Assembly: GCF_011745625.1 (NCBI RefSeq)
Contig: NW_027191489.1
Coordinates: forward strand, 1 to 64,000
Source of the DNA: Cladosporium halotolerans
Lineage: Eukaryota
Direction of reading: 5' to 3'
Length of the DNA stretch: 64,000 bases
In this document: positions 46,102-57,406 of the stretch, piece by piece
Numbering within the stretch: position 1 is the stretch's first letter
Layout: each line of letters starts with the position of its first letter
The notes under the pieces: model-generated
Told to the model about the DNA's origin: nothing
Database searches by the model: none
What the model saw: the letters and a program-made list of their open reading frames with translations, nothing else
Program-made: the position numbers and the translations under genes

Positions 46102-47694
46102 ATGTCTCTCCCCATCATTCCCACCATAGCTTTTACTATCCTATCCGCCCTATTCCTCTACCGCTTCATCATCCACCCAATATTCCTCTCACCACTCCGC
46201 CACGTCCCCTCAGCCCACTGGACCGCTCCTCTCAGCCCCCTCTGGATTCTCTCTCACCGCCTCCGGCAAACCGACACGCCCACCGTCCATGCCGCGCACC
46301 AGAAACACGGCCCCATCCTCCGCCTAGCCCCCAATGAACTCTCCCTCAACAGCGTCTCCGGCGGGCTCCGCACAATCTACGCAGGCGGCTACGAGAAAGG
46401 CGATTGGTACGCCAACGTCTTCAGCAATTACGGCGTGCAGCCCATGTTCGCCATGCCCGGGCGGGCGGAGCACAGCAAGCGCAAGCGGATGCTGAGCAAC
46501 GTGTACGCCAAGTCGACGCTGCAGGGGAGTAGCGCTGTGGCCGAGATCTCACGCGTGCTGCTTGGAGAGCGGATGGGGCCGCGGTTGGAAGGGTTTGCGA
46601 AAGGTGGAGAGGCTGTCGAGGTGTATGATGTGTTCAGCGCGTTTACGATGGATGCCGTGGCGGGGTATGTGTTTGGGCTGGAGAACGGGAGCGATTTCCT
46701 CCGACAGCCGGAGCACGCGGCGAGGTTCCTGAAAGACTACAAGGCCAGGCAGATCCATACGTTCTGGCCGCAGGAATTGCCTAACTTCACGAACTTCATG
46801 GGCAAGATTGGTTTGCTGGGCTTGATTGTGCCGCCTTGGGTGGCGAAAGCGAATCGTGACATCGAGGCTTGGATTCTGAGTATGTGCGACAAAGCGGAGA
46901 GGAGCTTGAAGGAAGTCGATGCGGGCATGAAAATCGAGTATGTGGCCGACACGCCGACGGTGTACGCACAGCTGCGACAGGCGCTGGTTAAGGAAGCGGG
47001 CAAGTCTGATAAAAATGCGTGCGCGGAGCAGGTGGTACAGTCAAGCAGGCTGGAGATGGCGAGCGAGATGCTGGATCATGTACTCGCTGGGTTCGACACT
47101 TCAAGCATCACTCTGACCTGGCTTGCATGGGAGCTCAGCCGTACCGCGAACAAGGCTGCCTGGCAAACGAAGCTTCGGGAGGAGATAGCTGGGCTGGAAG
47201 GTAACACCGACGCTAAGCACATCGACGGTCTACCTGTTCTTCACGGTTGCTTGATGGAAACGCTCCGTCTGCACGCCGCAATCCCCGGAAACCAACCGCG
47301 CATGACACCCTCTGCAGCTAGCCTCGGACCCGAGGGACAGGCAGTCTCCGACCTTCCAGCAGGCATCCGCGTGCAATCTCAAGCCTGGTCTCTGCACCGC
47401 AATCCCGAAATCTTCCCCGACCCGGACTCATGGCGACCGGAGCGATGGATAGATGCCTCTGAAGCTCAGCTGAAGGAAATGGGCAAGTGGTTCTGGGCCT
47501 TTGGCAGCGGTGGCAGGATGTGCGTTGGCAGCAATCTGGCCATGCTGGAGATGAAGAACGTGATGGTTGCCATCTGGGGTCGATTCGATACCGAGGTTGC
47601 TGATGACGAGGGCATGGTGCATAATGGCGGGTATTTGGCTGAGCCCGTGGGAAAGAACGGGAAATACTTGAAGCTGCGGTTCAAGGCTCTGTAG
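46102..47694 (+). CDS. Cytochrome P450 monooxygenase, intronless
   Basis: N-terminal TM helix, HGPILRLAPNELS, AGFDTSS (I helix), ETLRLH (ExxR), PERW, FGSGGRMCVG heme motif. Confidence 0.95.
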   Translation: MSLPIIPTIAFTILSALFLYRFIIHPIFLSPLRHVPSAHWTAPLSPLWILSHRLRQTDTPTVHAAHQKHGPILRLAPNELSLNSVSGGLRTIYAGGYEKGDWYANVFSNYGVQPMFAMPGRAEHSKRKRMLSNVYAKSTLQGSSAVAEISRVLLGERMGPRLEGFAKGGEAVEVYDVFSAFTMDAVAGYVFGLENGSDFLRQPEHAARFLKDYKARQIHTFWPQELPNFTNFMGKIGLLGLIVPPWVAKANRDIEAWILSMCDKAERSLKEVDAGMKIEYVADTPTVYAQLRQALVKEAGKSDKNACAEQVVQSSRLEMASEMLDHVLAGFDTSSITLTWLAWELSRTANKAAWQTKLREEIAGLEGNTDAKHIDGLPVLHGCLMETLRLHAAIPGNQPRMTPSAASLGPEGQAVSDLPAGIRVQSQAWSLHRNPEIFPDPDSWRPERWIDASEAQLKEMGKWFWAFGSGGRMCVGSNLAMLEMKNVMVAIWGRFDTEVADDEGMVHNGGYLAEPVGKNGKYLKLRFKAL

Positions 47695-47910
47695 CCGTAT
47701 AGGAGGCTGTCCCTGGCCGTGCCGGTTTAGAATATCAGTTTTGCTGTTCCTCGCGGGCCGTTTTCGTTGGGCTTGACTTTTGTTTACTGGTAGAGATTCC
47801 AATGAAACCAGTCTTGCAAGCAAGAACGTAATAAAGCATGCCTGCTCACGCATTGCCGTACTCACATCCATGAGATCGCGGCGCTGATGCCGTTGACGAG
47901 CCACCCGGTC

Positions 47911-50190
47911 TCAAGCAACACCAAAAGGCATGCCATAATCCAGCAAACCGTCCCCAGCATCAGGCAGCACATCTGGTAAAAACGCAAAATCATCCAAAAC
48001 ATCCATGGACCAAAACGGCGCTGGCGCATTTTCCCCAAACGCTTGCTCGTCAACATCCTGCGCAACAAACCCCTGTCCCTCGCCCGCACCGGACTGCTGC
48101 CATCCCGTAAGCGTTTGCGTAGCGTGCACCTGTCGCGGCGGGCCCTGCGGAAGCTTGCGAGTGACGGCGATTTTGCCAATGAGCGGGATATTGAGAGTCA
48201 TCTCGCCGCGGCTGGCGTTGTCCGGCGGGCCTTGAAGGAGTGTTTTGAGCGAGCGCAGAACGACGACGGCTTTCTCGGCAAAATCACCACCAGCTTTGCT
48301 AGAAGCGACGTCGAGGGCGGTCATGAGCTGGTCAACAAGGGTGCTGCTGGCGGTGGCCTGCTGAAGAGGCTTAGGGTGTGGAAGAGTTAGCTTGCTCGAG
48401 TCGAAGAGGAGGAATACTGCAGCGGTGAGAATCTGGAAGTCCAGCACGCGGCAGGCAAAAAAACCAGCTGGAAGCAGTGGTCGTAGGCTCACATAACGCC
48501 ATGCCATGCTCTGGGAGGCACTGACGCAGGTGTTGTAGCTGAGGCGATAACGGCCGGAGTCATCATCGGCCATGGCGAGTCGGAGGTGAGTTCGGACGGT
48601 AAAGTAGTGATGCCAGTATTGAACCAGGCGCTCCGGGGTCATATTTTCTACAGAGATATTCCACCAGTGAGCCGGGACTAAATCGGCAAGGCTGCGGAGT
48701 TGCTCATCCACAGCGAAAACCTTGGGAAGCTGTTCAAATCCTGGTCGCTCCGACGTTGAGATACTGTCAAGATCCTGAACACTTAGTGCGATCTCTGTAA
48801 GTCGACCTAAATAGCTTTTCACGTCCACACTACCATCCGGGTGTATGATCTCGGAACGCTGTGGCGCATACGTCCGCGTCGCACATGGTAAGTTGAACAT
48901 CATGCCAGCAAGACGGTCAACGATGCATATAGACTCCCATACTGCTGCTGCAGACTTTTGTGATTGCGTCGCTCCATCTGCCAAAGACTTTGAGGCGCGT
49001 GGTAAGCCGATCAGTTCTGCAAGGGAGATAATCCGTCGTAATCTGATCCACATCTTCCTGATATCGACTGAAGCTAGTGCGCTGTTGGACAACATTAGCG
49101 GGTTGGGAAGAGAAAGATATCAACGGTCCACAGAGCGTTTGCAAGCGTGCATTCCTCAGAACACATCGAAGGCAGAGAGACTAGGCCACTTACAGTCGTA
49201 CAAACAACAGGGATGTCTCGATTCCATCCAACGTCGCAGCCAGGACATCGTCACTCACGATGAGACAATCCACAGCATCTGTCACCTCATCGATGAATCT
49301 TGGAACATCTTTGATCCCCGGCACCAGTGGTACTACATCTCCAGGGGGTATCTGACGAACGGTCAAAGCCAGCGAGATGAGTATGTTGGCGATAGACATA
49401 GGATTCGCGTCTGTGGTGCAGAGAGCATCATACTGAGACATAATCTCTCCAGCCGTCGCCGCCATGCGCACGCGCGGGAATAAAGCAAAGTATATGCTCA
49501 TCCATGGGAATGAGAAGCCTGTGATGGTAGCGACATCGGCTGGGGGAGGGATGAGCTTTTGCAATTGACGTCTTGCCGCAGCCAGATGTGCCTTAATGAC
49601 TGAATGCGGCCCGGTGTAGTCGTTAGCATCCCAGGATGTGCCTTGGGTCGCGCGAGAATTGAGCAGGCCATTGTCGAAAAGCTGCCTCAGATGTGCCGGC
49701 TGGTTTGACGGCGACAGCCCGAGGCTCTCTGAGTCTGAGTCGGCTGGGTTTAGAGGATCTGTAGCATCCTCGAACCGCTGCTCTTTTCCTCCGACGTGAG
49801 TTTGAGCTGCTGGACCAGCTCTTCCGGCTTCCTGGCAAGTCCCTTCCCCTGGCGTTGCCCCGTTCCTATTCCTGGCGTTCGACTCTAACCGGCGCACGAC
49901 ACTCCACAGAGACGCGACTTCATTCTCCAGGTCGTGGATACGATCGCGCGACGATGGTGCGGGATCAGGCACGGGTGAGGTGGGCCCTTGCGCAACACAA
50001 GCCCGCGATCTGGCAATGCAGTTGTCGCAGGCGTCGGATCCGCTGAAGATGCAGCGGACCTGGAATGGTTGTCAGAACGAGAGTTTCACGGTCCGCGACA
50101 CAGCTCTCACACGGATACAGAGCCTACCTTGCGCTGCCTGCATTCAATGCAGCTTTTTGTCCCTTTTCGAAGGCGTCCCTCTTTCGGCAT
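47911..50190 (-). CDS. Zn(II)2Cys6 transcription factor with fungal-specific middle domain, 3 exons
   Basis: MPKEGRLRKGTKSCIECRQRK|VRCIFSGSDACDNCIARSRAC, introns 50060-50127 and 49082-49193. AELIGLP, WESICIVDR, IPLIGKI, acidic tail. Confidence 0.88.
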
Positions 50191-50211
50191 TCTGGAGGCA
50201 GAGTTCCGTTT

Positions 50212-50696
50212 CGGACGAAGGAATCACTCGACCGAGAGGGCTGCCGCAGATGATATCGTCGCCAGCCTCAGTGTCTCCACGCCACGACTGGCCATACCGG
50301 GACTTGTCAAGACCCCCAGCACCCGGCGAGTCGGCAAGTCAGCACTTTCGGTCAGACGATATGTGGTGTGAGCCCTGCGTGGGCCAAGTTGTGTGGTACC
50401 TACACAAGCTTACAAGCTTGAAGTCTTCGGACGAAATCGAAAAGCGGAGCCCGATCTGTGGAGGACATCGAACGTTGGTAGCGCCAGCTCGTGCCTCTCA
50501 GCCGCAGCACACGGACGAAAACCTCCGACCATGAGCCAAATGCGTGAGATCGTCACAAAGATTACAGACAAGCCTTCGGGGACTTGCGACGACGCCCCAC
50601 ATGGCGTCGCTCCCACCGAAACGCCTATTGCGACTTCTTCACGTTTCGTCCGTCCGATCGCGCCAGTTCGTCCGAAAGCTCGCCCCTTCGGACGAA
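50212..50696. promoter_or_regulatory. Cluster of six CGGACGAA motifs, including a 10-bp inverted repeat
   Basis: CGGACGAA at 50212, 50428, 50512 and 50689; reverse complement TTCGTCCG at 50645 and 50667. Confidence 0.7.
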
Positions 50697-50819
50697 GCAT
50701 TAGCATCCGTGGGAATGTGCAACGATAGTATAAACACTCGCGGCCATGTCGTATTCGATCCAACCTCTTCTGCAGTTCAAGATCAATCAGAAACGACTTT
50801 CTTTGGACGATAAGTAACA

Positions 50820-51829
50820 ATGTCTGGTCACAGCATGCAGGCGAAGCCTCTGGGGGTAAGTCACTTAATACATCCAACACACTATATGAGCAACGACAAT
50901 CTAACACCACCACGCAGCCGCCCTACCCACCCCAAACCGCAGCTGTGGGCGGCATACCCACCATTGGCGTCGATGTGCCTATCACTTCGGTCTTCATGGC
51001 CATTTATCTATGCAGCGCAGCAACCAACATGGTGATCTTCCAACGCAATCGCCGGCACGGGCACAAGTTTCTCATCAGCGCAATCCTCTTCGGCTTCAGC
51101 ATGGCTCGCGTAGTGACCTGCATCATGCGGATCGTGTGGGCCGTCTACGCCCACAATGTCAAAATCGCCCTCGCCGCGCAGATCTTCAACAACGCAGGTG
51201 TACTGATCGTGTACCTGGTGAACCTGCTATTCGCCCAGCGCATCTTGCGCGCCACGCACCCAAAGCTCGGCTGGAACAAACTTCTCGCCCACGCTTTCCA
51301 CGCGCTGTACGCCCTCCTTGGCGGCGCCCTGGTCATGGTCATCACAGCAACAGTCGTGATGTCCTACACCCTCAACCACGACACCATCCAATCCTGCCTC
51401 GACTGCCAGCGCGCAGCCGTAACCTTCCTCTTCATCCTCACGACTCTGCCTCTCCTCATCCTAGTGGCAGCCTTCCTCCTCCCCCACTCCAAAGCAACGC
51501 TCGAGCCCTTCGGCGCGGGATCGATCAAAGCGAAATCGCTCGTCCTCGCGACTACCGCAATCCTCGCGACAATACTCTCGGGCTTCAAACTCGGGACGAC
51601 CTGGGAGTCGCCACGGCCGAGATCCGATCCGGCATGGTACGATTCGAAAGCGGCATTCTACTGCTTCGGGTTCGTGCTGGAAGTGCTGATTCTGGCCGTG
51701 TACGTTGCTGGAAGGGTGGATCAGCGGTTCCATGTGCCGGACGGCAGTGCGAAGCGAAGGAGTTATCTGGGCATGGAGCAGCTGGCGGAGCAAGGGAAGG
51801 AAAGCAAGGGTTTCGTAGAGACTCCTTGA
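50820..51829 (+). CDS. DUF3112-like multipass membrane protein, 2 exons
   Basis: MSGHSMQAKPLG|PPYPPQTAAVGGIP (intron 50856-50917), GHKFLISAILFGF, NLLFAQRILRATHP, PAWYDSKAAFYCF, RVDQRFHVPDG. Confidence 0.85.
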
Positions 51830-52080
51830 AGTCTAGGAACTCCTTGGTTGGCGTTTCGGTGCTCCAGTTTCGAGTTTCGAGAGACATGCCTTGTTCTTGC
51901 GGAGTAGCGTGATTTGAGCGGGCGTTTTTGCAGGATCAGGTCTGTACGACATATAAAATCAGCATGCTTCGAGATCGAATCCCACAATCAGACTTCGCCA
52001 AACTGGGCGGCAATGATCTCTCGTACTGGTGATCGCTTTCCGTTTTGTAACGCTGCTTATTTTCGTGTTATAAATTTGAG

Positions 52081-53880
52081 TTATCTCACCCTCCGCCTCT
52101 TGAGGTCCGGCTGGTGTTCAGGCTCCAAATCCTCAACAAGCAGCCATGAGTCCTCGCTCGGAAGCCTCGAAGCCTCCTCACCTTCCTCATGGACCGCCGG
52201 TCGCGACTCATCGCCCTCCTTCTTAGCGTGCTGACTCTCACCAGCATCAGTCTTCTCCCGCATCATATAAGTCTCCTGCAAAAACTCGCCCAGATACATA
52301 ATCGCATCCACGACCTCCTTACCGGTAGGAACAATGTGCTCCTTCGGCAGCAAGAAGCCATAGGTGCCACGATCGCGCAGCTTGAGCTGGTACGCCCAAC
52401 GCACGTGCAGTTCATGATAGAACCAGTCCAGCCCAGAGCCGCCGCGGTTCTCCATCTGCGGCAGGTAAGACTTCTTTTCGCCACTAGCGGCCGCGACATT
52501 GCCTTCGCAAGCAGGCAAGACTTCGTAGACGTGTCCATGCGCGCGACGGATGGCCTTTTCAAGCCCGTAGCCGAGCTCCTCGAGATCCTCGAGGCCCGGT
52601 GCGAGGTCGTTGCAGGAGTAGGTGTAGGGGTAAAGGATCTGCTGCGAATAAGAGTGGAGGTCCAGAAGGCCGATGAACTCTACGTTGTTCTGCGAGGTTT
52701 CGTTCAGAGCCCAGTCGGCGAGGGCTTTGGCCTCGACGGCTTCGAAGGCGCTCTCGCCCGCGTAGCTTTCGGAACAAGGGTTGCCGGCCGTAGAGCTGCC
52801 GTCCCACTGGAAGCCGAAGGAGTGGTCGAGGTCCATGCCTTGGCAGAAGCGGATGGTGGTCTGCTGGCGGTTCTTGCGCCACAGGCGATCGGTCTCCCAG
52901 GTGTAGACGTAGCCGTCAGGGTTCATGGTCGGCACGATAACGAAGTCGAAATCCTGCAGCAGGTTGGTGACGCTGGGGACCTTACCAAAGCCGGTGATGA
53001 GCGTATAGGCGATGTAGTTGGCCGTGCTGGTACTGATCCATTCGCGCGCGTGGAAGCCAGCGGTTATCAAGACAGTCTTGCGGGTAGATGGCTGAGGGTC
53101 GTCGTCGTTCGTAGGGTGCACGCCGATGCGAAGGGCCGGGATGTCGCGGCCTTGCGCACTCTTACCGATGTTGACTAGACGCACATGGGTGGTGAAGAGG
53201 GAAGAGAGCAAGCGCATCCAAGGGTGAATGACGTTGAGGGGTTGGTAATCGTCGAAAAAAATATTGGTTTCTGCGCCTTTGGGCTGCGGTGCCGGACCGA
53301 TAGGTCGCTGATTGGGCGGTAGTGGGACTGCAGTAGCAGCCTGGAGGTTATGCGCATGCTCGCGAGGTGCCGGGTACGTATCAAAGATCGCTTGCGCGAG
53401 TTCTCGCTCACGTAGGAGCGGGACATGCGACCGTTGCATCGATTTTGGCAGCAGGCCGAGTAACGAAGGGACAAGCTCTTGCGCAAGTCGAATGTCCACC
53501 CAATCGTCTGTAAACTCCCATACGTCCAGCAAAAGCGTATCCGAAGCCTCCGCTAGACTCTTTGCTTCCTCCGCGGTGCTTATGTTGAAGCGCAGAAGCA
53601 CATCGCCGCCATACATCGCAAGCGTGTGCGCCGGCAGCAGCTTCGCATCTGGACGCGAAGAACTCTCCGATGCGGTTCTTTTCTCCTCGTATTTAGGCGG
53701 CTGGCTCCAGATCCGCTCAATGAACCGCTCGGACAGGCGCCTCCATTTCCCTAAGAAGGGCTGCGGTTGCCGATGTGTGGATGTGTGATGATATTCTCCG
53801 AGCTCCGGCGATGGTGCGGCAATCGCATGCGGGAATGAAGCCAAAGAAATGGCCCAAAGGGTCGCGTGGTAGAAGCGCAT
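52081..53880 (-). CDS. ECM14: M14 metallocarboxypeptidase-like Ecm14 (pseudopeptidase)
   Basis: Signal peptide and prodomain. [33 protein letters not shown], and YQLKLRD with Lys at the catalytic Glu position, as in Ecm14. Confidence 0.9.
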   Translation of the reverse strand: MRFYHATLWAISLASFPHAIAAPSPELGEYHHTSTHRQPQPFLGKWRRLSERFIERIWSQPPKYEEKRTASESSSRPDAKLLPAHTLAMYGGDVLLRFNISTAEEAKSLAEASDTLLLDVWEFTDDWVDIRLAQELVPSLLGLLPKSMQRSHVPLLRERELAQAIFDTYPAPREHAHNLQAATAVPLPPNQRPIGPAPQPKGAETNIFFDDYQPLNVIHPWMRLLSSLFTTHVRLVNIGKSAQGRDIPALRIGVHPTNDDDPQPSTRKTVLITAGFHAREWISTSTANYIAYTLITGFGKVPSVTNLLQDFDFVIVPTMNPDGYVYTWETDRLWRKNRQQTTIRFCQGMDLDHSFGFQWDGSSTAGNPCSESYAGESAFEAVEAKALADWALNETSQNNVEFIGLLDLHSYSQQILYPYTYSCNDLAPGLEDLEELGYGLEKAIRRAHGHVYEVLPACEGNVAAASGEKKSYLPQMENRGGSGLDWFYHELHVRWAYQLKLRDRGTYGFLLPKEHIVPTGKEVVDAIMYLGEFLQETYMMREKTDAGESQHAKKEGDESRPAVHEEGEEASRLPSEDSWLLVEDLEPEHQPDLKRRRVR

Positions 53881-54202
53881 CCTGTTTGTGCGTTGTGGTG
53901 CGCAGTGGAAGTGGTGACCATGAAGGTGGAGAGTGAGATGTCATTGGGAATTCGGAAGCCTGCCCAGTATCAGCTTGGGCTGGCATGGGGAGGGTTTTGG
54001 CGCTAACCGATCTGCGGGGAATCCCACCAGGGCTCGCAGAGAACGGCGGATCGGGTACGTACATCCCAGTACCTACAGTAGGTCGAAAGGCAAACTGGGT
54101 TCCAGAAGCAAGGGATTTGAAGGATTATGTTTGCACGTCATGATTATGGTGACAATTCGTCTATATGGTACCAAGTCATCGCATTTCAAGCCCTACCCCT
54201 CC

Positions 54203-56794
54203 CTATGCCCTCGCCCGTCCCCTGCCTCTCTTTCCTCTCCCAACACCAATCCCACCTCGCCCACCTCTACCTCCAACAGATCCCCTCCCTCTAGGCCGAC
54301 AAAGCGTACAGAACCAGCTCTCCTCTTCTCCAGGCATGATCTCCAGATCCGTACAGCCCAAGTGGAACCACTCGCGCTCGCATTTCGGGTTGTCGCACCC
54401 GACCATATCGCCATACGAACCGCGCAGGCAGTAGCAATACTTGGGCTCTGAAGGGTCGTCGGGGTCGGGATCGTCGTCGTCTGAGCCGGCGGCTTCGCTT
54501 CCTGCGCGCGCCGATGGAGAGTGCGGTCTGGACTGGCCGGTGGGTGATTGCGGGGCTGAAGCGGGTGATGATGGAGGGAGAGAAGACGCTACGTCTTGAT
54601 CGTTGTCGTTGCCGATCGGTTGATCCGGTTGCTGATTGGCGGCGTAATGTTCAGGTGAGGGCTGTGTGGGCGATGGCGGTTGGGAAGAAAGTGACGGCGA
54701 AGGGGAGTGCGTAAGAGCAGGGGCTGGTGGGGGCGAAGTGTGATGCTCTTTGGATGACACGACGTGATTCTCGTTCGAAGCGTCCGCCATTTCCGTGTCT
54801 CGGTCCACACGCTCTTCTGCCTCAAATTTCTGTCGCGTCGGAGATCCATTGCCACTGCGCTTGCGGATGCTCGTTTGTCTGCTGACGTTACGGCTGTTCG
54901 TCTTGCTGCGTCGAGCACTGCGAGCTCGGAATCGTGGCTCGCCATCGCTGTTGCTATCGAGATCTTCATCAGGATCGTCTTCGTCACGACCGTGATCCGG
55001 ACTCCTGTTGAAGGGTGCAATCTGCCTCATGAGACCACTCATACTTCCGCCGTGTCCAGCTCGTTTGTGATTGGCTCGCGGGAAAGGTGTCTCACTACCG
55101 GATTGATCGCCATTTCCGCGTGTAGAGCGTGTCGAGCGGGTGCGTGCCATGGCAGTATCTGACCCGGCATTGTCTTCGGCGCGAGGAGTACCTGCATTTG
55201 ACTGGCGTCCGGATGTCTTCTTGGAGGAATCTGATCGCGACGGTGCTGGACGCTGCGCGGAAGATTCGACCTCTTCCCGCTTCATTGTAGTCTCCGTGAC
55301 CGGCTCGTCCTGGGCCGGCTCTGCAGCTTCCGTTGGCTGTTCCTCTTCTTCCCGCGCTCGTTTCTTACCATTCGCTTTCTCGCCATTGCTCTTACCAGCA
55401 GCAGATGACGGTCTACTATCCTCTTGTTCCATTACCCGTTCATGCCTGAGGTTTGTGCTGCTCATTTTCGTCATGCGCGCGCTTTGTGGCCTCCCTGAAG
55501 ATGCTTCTGTTTGTGCCGCATTGAAGGTGGCTTGAAGCGGGCTGTTAGCGACCGCCGGGGTCGCTTGTGCGCTGTTGACGCCCTTCCGCTTGATGGGCGG
55601 TGGAGGCGCAGGCTTCGCTTTGGCTGTTTTCTTCGCAGGCTCGGCTGCGGGTGTACTTCTTGGTGTCTCCTTTGCGGCTTTGCCCTTAGTGCTTGCCTGT
55701 CTCTCCATTCCAGTACCACCAGTGGCTTTCTCGACTTTCCTCTTCTTGACAGGCTCGCCGTTTGTAGATATGCCCAACCCGGTAGCCGATGCTGCTGCTG
55801 CTTTCCCTCTTACAGTTTTCGCTGTCGTCTTTTTGGGTCTATCCTCAAATTCGGAATCGATGTGCTCCCGATGCCTGCCTCTGCCTGTCTTCTCTTTGCC
55901 ATTCTCCTTGATGGCTTCTCGTCGCGCGGCGGCAATCTCAGTTTCGTGCACGGCATTCGCGGCAGCAGCCAGGCTGTTTGTAAGAGCAACGTCTCTACGA
56001 TTCCTCTCGTTTGCGGCCGGTGCAACGGGTTTCGATTTTTGCCTGTTGTCGCTGTACGCCCAGTGTGTCATGCTGCCCAGGCGAGCTTCTTCGGGGATTT
56101 CCTCCTCTACATGCGGCATGACGCTATCCAGTCGCGACATTTGCAGGTTGAGCACCCGGTTCGCTTCAGTGAGCACGACATTTTTCTCGTCCAAGTTCGC
56201 GAGCAAGTTGTGCGTGATCATTCGCAAATCGTGGTATTGCCGCCTTCTTTCAAGATCGCCTTCACTGTCCGGTGCAACCTCCTCACCGGTGATAGACCCA
56301 GCAGTGCTGTTTTGCCCGCTAGCACCATAGGGCGCAACGCCGTTGACCAAACTGACATTGGCGCTTCCAATGGCGCTGTTCGCAGCAGTGAAACTAAGCA
56401 TCCCTCCGTGGGTGCCCCCGGCTGTGTTGTTGCGCCTCGGGACCGGCAGCTCGAGAAGCGCATCTACAGCTTGGCCGAGCTTCTCACTTGGGCCGTGAAT
56501 CTTCGCCTCCACCTCTTTCATAAGCGTAAATTGGCGCATAACTTCTTTAGGCAGAGCAGTGACCGCATCGCTGAAGAATGTGATGGCTGGAAAAAAACCT
56601 GCGGGCGCGCTATCGTCTATAGAGGCGTCAGGGCCTTGATGCGCGTAGGGTCGCGCGTAGTAGTTCGTCGGTCGGGTGGTGTTGGTGCGCACGGCGCGCC
56701 CAGAGTTGGTGCGGCGCACGTTATTGCCACTTGCGAGGTCGCCGGCATTGCTCGATAGCAAGGACGTCTTGCGCATTGCTGCGGAGGAGGGCAT
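54203..56794 (-). CDS. ING-family chromatin protein (Pho23-like) with C-terminal PHD finger
   Basis: N-terminal ING region (FSDAVTALPKEVMRQFTLMKEVEAK, LDEKNVV). PHD EPKYCYC..SYGDMVGCDNPKCEREWFHLGC..WFCTLC. RG-rich tail. Confidence 0.9.
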   Translation of the reverse strand: MPSSAAMRKTSLLSSNAGDLASGNNVRRTNSGRAVRTNTTRPTNYYARPYAHQGPDASIDDSAPAGFFPAITFFSDAVTALPKEVMRQFTLMKEVEAKIHGPSEKLGQAVDALLELPVPRRNNTAGGTHGGMLSFTAANSAIGSANVSLVNGVAPYGASGQNSTAGSITGEEVAPDSEGDLERRRQYHDLRMITHNLLANLDEKNVVLTEANRVLNLQMSRLDSVMPHVEEEIPEEARLGSMTHWAYSDNRQKSKPVAPAANERNRRDVALTNSLAAAANAVHETEIAAARREAIKENGKEKTGRGRHREHIDSEFEDRPKKTTAKTVRGKAAAASATGLGISTNGEPVKKRKVEKATGGTGMERQASTKGKAAKETPRSTPAAEPAKKTAKAKPAPPPPIKRKGVNSAQATPAVANSPLQATFNAAQTEASSGRPQSARMTKMSSTNLRHERVMEQEDSRPSSAAGKSNGEKANGKKRAREEEEQPTEAAEPAQDEPVTETTMKREEVESSAQRPAPSRSDSSKKTSGRQSNAGTPRAEDNAGSDTAMARTRSTRSTRGNGDQSGSETPFPRANHKRAGHGGSMSGLMRQIAPFNRSPDHGRDEDDPDEDLDSNSDGEPRFRARSARRSKTNSRNVSRQTSIRKRSGNGSPTRQKFEAEERVDRDTEMADASNENHVVSSKEHHTSPPPAPALTHSPSPSLSSQPPSPTQPSPEHYAANQQPDQPIGNDNDQDVASSLPPSSPASAPQSPTGQSRPHSPSARAGSEAAGSDDDDPDPDDPSEPKYCYCLRGSYGDMVGCDNPKCEREWFHLGCTDLEIMPGEEESWFCTLCRPRGRGSVGGRGGRGGIGVGRGKRGRGRARA

Positions 56795-57406
56795 GGTGTG
56801 TTCTGGTGTGGGTTGTGTCCGAAGGGGCGCGTGGATGGTTGTCTAGGTTGTGAAAGGCACGCTCGCACGCTGGAACTATAAGACAGCCATAACAAGTAGG
56901 ACGCTAGGAGGATCGTGACAAAGTTTTGGTAAGTGAAGTTGTGATTGTAGGTGTACGTGGTGAGGAAGACAGAGCCGGCGGATGGCTGCGAGAGAGAGCT
57001 CCTCTTAGCGCTAGCCGCCTCGTCCAAAACCCGATCACCGCGGAGGATTTCCGCGCTAACGTCATGGCCCTGAGGGCAGCATTCAGCATTCAGGGCCTCT
57101 CGCGCTGTCCTTGCCTGCCTTGGCCGTAAGCTTCTATAATAACTCATCATCAATTCAGTGTCACCAAAAATTCACGCGCTCTCCTTGATCGCACGTTTTC
57201 TTCTACCGCGCTTTACATCGAATCGTCAACCCCTTCCAACAATGCTTAACCGTCGAAACTACGAGACCGTGAATCCTTGACTGGCACTTCAGTCTAAGCT
57301 ATCATGTTTATGCCAGGTCTGTAGTGCCACATTCTTGGGCCCATTTATGTGCGAGCACATTGCTTTTGGGCGCTCCTTCGAACCCCCGTGCTACAGTCTA
57401 AAATTT

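Noticed and set aside
38746..47694. SDR + monooxygenase + P450 as a secondary-metabolite cluster
   Set aside because: No backbone synthase, and interrupted by housekeeping-type CA and F-box genes.
52081..53880. Missing catalytic Glu in the carboxypeptidase as a novelty
   Set aside because: Known property of the Ecm14 pseudopeptidase family.
52189..56758. Long antisense ORFs (52189-53178, 55511-56758, 55575-56330; likewise 42323-43018 and 63204-63824)
   Set aside because: Expected shadows of GC-rich, codon-biased sense genes; no domains.
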